Shown: in pieces, positions 60,708-64,000 of the stretch
Layout of the letters: the number at the start of each line of letters is the position of its first letter
Numbering within the stretch: the first letter of the stretch is position 1
DNA from: the human T2T-CHM13v2.0 reference genome, Homo sapiens
NCBI RefSeq assembly: GCF_009914755.1
Contig: NC_060928.1
DNA length: 64,000 nt
Reading direction: 5' to 3' (one strand)
The notes under the pieces: model-generated
The model's input: only the letters and a program-made list of their open reading frames with translations
Told to the model about the DNA's origin: nothing
The model's database searches: none
Position numbers and translations under genes: made by a program

Positions 60708-62894
60708 CATAACACTGGTCTTGATGATAGTTCATCCACATAAAGGACTGGTGAAACACTTGGCTAAACATGACCAAAGCATATCAGTTTTAATCCCGAC
60801 TGTACTCTTTTCCTCTTCTGATGCTTTATTAGTTAATTCTCTCCTCTGCTCTGCTATCTTTTAAGTTTCACACTTGCATTTAAAAATGGACATTTCCTTT
60901 TATCAAACTTTTATATTAATTACAAGAATCCTTATTCTTTTTGCCCACAGTTATTCGAAGCTCAAATTAAATTAGACCCTTCAGCAACCACCATCCTCCT
61001 ACAACTGCAACCGTTGTCACACTTCCTAATTTGCTAATATATGAATCAGTACAATATAAATCTATAAAGAAATTGGATGTCATTCCATTATGGGCCTTAC
61101 CAAAGATCTGCAGTATCTACTGAAACTGCTGTTTATCTAGAAACAGAACAGTTTCCTGGCCCCCACCTTCTCATCTAGACTCTGCCTCTGTGATTTTTCT
61201 CTCATTTTTGTATATATTCATGCAACTCTGAGCTTCGCCTGTCTCTTACTACCACTGTAGAAAGCTGTTTTTGATATGAGTGATAACGTATGCCAAAAGA
61301 ATCCTTCACCATGAGAATTTATTGTAGCGTAATCAATATATTACATGCTTTTCTGAGGTTTTCATTTTAAACATGTACAATTTTAAATGATAACTTACTA
61401 AGGAAGGACTTAATAAATGGGTAAGTATACAAACTTCTGGAATGGATTTTGAAATTACATTCACAACACTGTACCATAATGGCCATAGAGCACATGATTT
61501 AATTTACATCTCATTTACAGAAATGAATGCCAACAATTTTAATCATGTATTTCTATCTAGTTGGCCCAAGTATTACAAATTCAGAGTAATACTTTGCTCA
61601 TGGGTAAATTATGCATTTGGGGATACACTTAAGCTCATGGGTAAATTATGCACTTGTAGATTTCAAGGTTGACTCTTCATTCATATTTTTCCCTCAGTAA
61701 ACACCAAATGGTTTTATCACAAAAAATGTAGTTTAAATTTAAGTATGACTGGGGTATGGAGGTAAGAGATGTAGTAAGTGAACAAATAAAGAAACTGGCT
61801 TGTATAGAAAACCTTTTCTACAATGATTAATATCTAAAACCTACAGACATTTGTGTGTGATTATATCTAAGACAGAGATACATACTTTTAAAAAAATTAA
61901 TCTTTCAAACTTGTGAATAATTCTATTTTGTTTTAAAATGTCCAACTTTCTATTACTTGTACTGTTAGAGGAAAATAGTGATGTACCCCAAACCAGAAAA
62001 ATCTAGATGATCAACAATCATTTTTATTAGTGAAAATGTCTGGGAGACATGAGTCCAGGGGGTACATGATTATGTGGGTGAAGATCAGGGCCATACAGGG
62101 AGCTAGAGGAAGCTCTGCCTCCACCAGGGGCCTTGTACCCACATTTATTGACACATAGATGCCCAAGGCTAATTGGACTAGAAACCAGCCACGTTTTACT
62201 ACCAAGAAGTGGTCAGAAATTTTCTCGCATAAACCAAACTAATAACTGAGGTTCAAATGGTGCACACTTTTGTTACTAGTTAAAATTTAAATAGTGATCT
62301 CTGACTTAGACAAGCAAAGAAAATAACAGATACAAAATCACAGGGAATTTGCATAACAATTTTAAACATAATTTAGTGAGAGACAAAAACATAAATTTTT
62401 GCCATGGCTAGAAACTCATTTACAAATAGTATCATCTATAAATAGATGTTCCTCTGTTCCAATTTCTCATTTTGATATTTTATTTTATGATGATCCTCCT
62501 AAACTGCCTTATTTGTCTTTCAATTGTTTTTCTGGAAAACTGTTTCTCTGCAATATATAATTGTTAAGATCATTTCTCACAATGTCTAAAAAAATACTAA
62601 TTAGAATACATAAGCTCTTGTTGCATACATAATTGCTGTAGTCTGCAACAGTCCAACAACCCAGAAAGTAAAAGGCTTATTAACAATAAACCCACAAGAA
62701 AACAATTTAGTATACATAAAATATACATATGTTCTATTCTGTTTCAAACTTAAACACGGCAGACTTTTATAGAATCAATAAATGGTATAAGAAAAGATAT
62801 ATCCAGATGATATAAAATAAAAATGTGTAATTACAGACTGAACCTGGGGAAAAAAATAACAGCAGAAACTGGGTAGACTAAGAAAGGCCAATTT

Positions 62895-63072
62895 TCTTTC
62901 TCTGAAGAAGTAGGAAAATGTGAATATTTCAATATTTAACAGTTTAAACAAAACTATAAACTACTTCTTATCTTTCTGAGATAACTCTTTCTCCTAAGAA
63001 GAAAATGTGAATATTTAAATATTTAACAAACAGTTGAAACCAAACTATAAACTACTTCTTATCTTTGTGAGA
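62895..63072. repeat. Tandem duplication, period about 87 bp
   Basis: gaaaatgtgaatattt...aactataaactacttcttatcttt starts at both 62914 and 63001. Confidence 0.92.
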
Positions 63073-63403
63073 GAATTCCAGGGCACCAAAACTATAACTG
63101 GCAGATTTTCTCTGGATAGCTAGAAATAGAACAGAGGCCACTAGAGATGTGGATAGTGTCGATTGACGAAAAGGCATCCACAGGACCCTACGAGTAGAAA
63201 AGCCAACAAAGTTCATCCAGGTAGCTCCTGGCCATAAATTTTTGGGGGGAAAAAGGACAAAACAGAAATAGGGCTACTCAAGAAGTAAAATAGTTTAAGT
63301 GGATCAACTGGTCCCTTCTGAACCAGCAAATCTGCTGTAAACAAAACCGTCATTCAATGTAAATGCCCTGCATTGTATTATTTAACATTACATTATTAAT
63401 AAG

Positions 63404-63405
<2 letters not shown>

Positions 63406-63436
<31 letters not shown>

Positions 63437-63440
63437 TGTG
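63406..63440. repeat. (TG)n microsatellite
   Basis: About 15 GT units. Confidence 0.95.
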
Positions 63441-64000
63441 TTCTTACATACTATGGATCTACATCACATGCCACCTCATTAGCTCTCCTATTGAGTAGAG
63501 AATGTAGGGGTCTTCTGGTGTTATCAGCAATGTTCAATTCAGCAAGCACAATGATAGGGTTTCAAATACAAAAGAATGCTTTCCTTTGTATTAGAAACCC
63601 TAATCATCATAAAAATATACAAAAAAGAATGAATATTTTCCTTTTGTAACATTAATTTTTTGTCGTCCATTATTTAGATTTTATCATTATTATATTGCGT
63701 AAACATCTAGAAAAATTAGGAAATGTAGCAGCCTTATTTATCAAAGAAGGGAAGGGAGAGACCAGACATCTTAAATCAAAAATTAGAAATGATTTTAGAA
63801 CAAACATTTTTAATAACCTTTAGTCAGTCAGAGAAAAGTTCTGGTATTTCTTGAAAACAATATGTTTGTGCATTAGACCATTTCATTTGGATTACAGACA
63901 GATTATGTGCAAGTTCATATAGTCAGTAAAAACGTGAGTAAAGGACTAAAGGCTCCTACCAGAGCCCTTGAATATCTGATTTCTTTCTGAAATTTAGAGA

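Noticed and set aside
60692-60717. Resemblance of gtacagtgctgtg...ataac to miR-101
   Set aside because: The seed region differs and the rest of the hairpin does not match the miR-101 precursor as I recall it.
62121-62132. CCACCAGGGGCC, a CTCF-like core
   Set aside because: One mismatch at a conserved position and no supporting context. It cannot be called without ChIP data.

Overview
AT-rich primate genomic DNA (human or great ape, judged from AluY and L1PA2 elements), roughly half made of transposon remnants. I found no host protein-coding exon, RNA gene or CRISPR-like array that I can support. The main feature is a full-length L1PA2-like LINE-1 at 50370-56433 (+) with a 12-bp TSD, an intact ORF1, an ORF2 broken by one frameshift and two stops, and a frameshifted antisense ORF0 whose first splice donor has mutated towards consensus. 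Also present are a near full-length Tigger1, MER2 and MER5 fossils, five MaLR solo LTRs, about 12 Alus, many older L1/L2/MIR fragments and microsatellites. Nearly all L1 pieces lie on +, which suggests an intron of a minus-strand transcript (inference). The most unusual non-annotated structures are local template-switch scars: a 31-bp-arm pre-miRNA-like hairpin at 60618-60707 with a nearby donor copy, a 136-bp dispersed duplication and an iterative fold-back insertion. There are also two twin-primed L1 insertions and a compact HNF1/GATA/C-EBP motif cluster. I see no evidence of a new multi-gene system. Repeat subfamily calls come from recalled consensus sequences, and the boundaries of old repeats are approximate.
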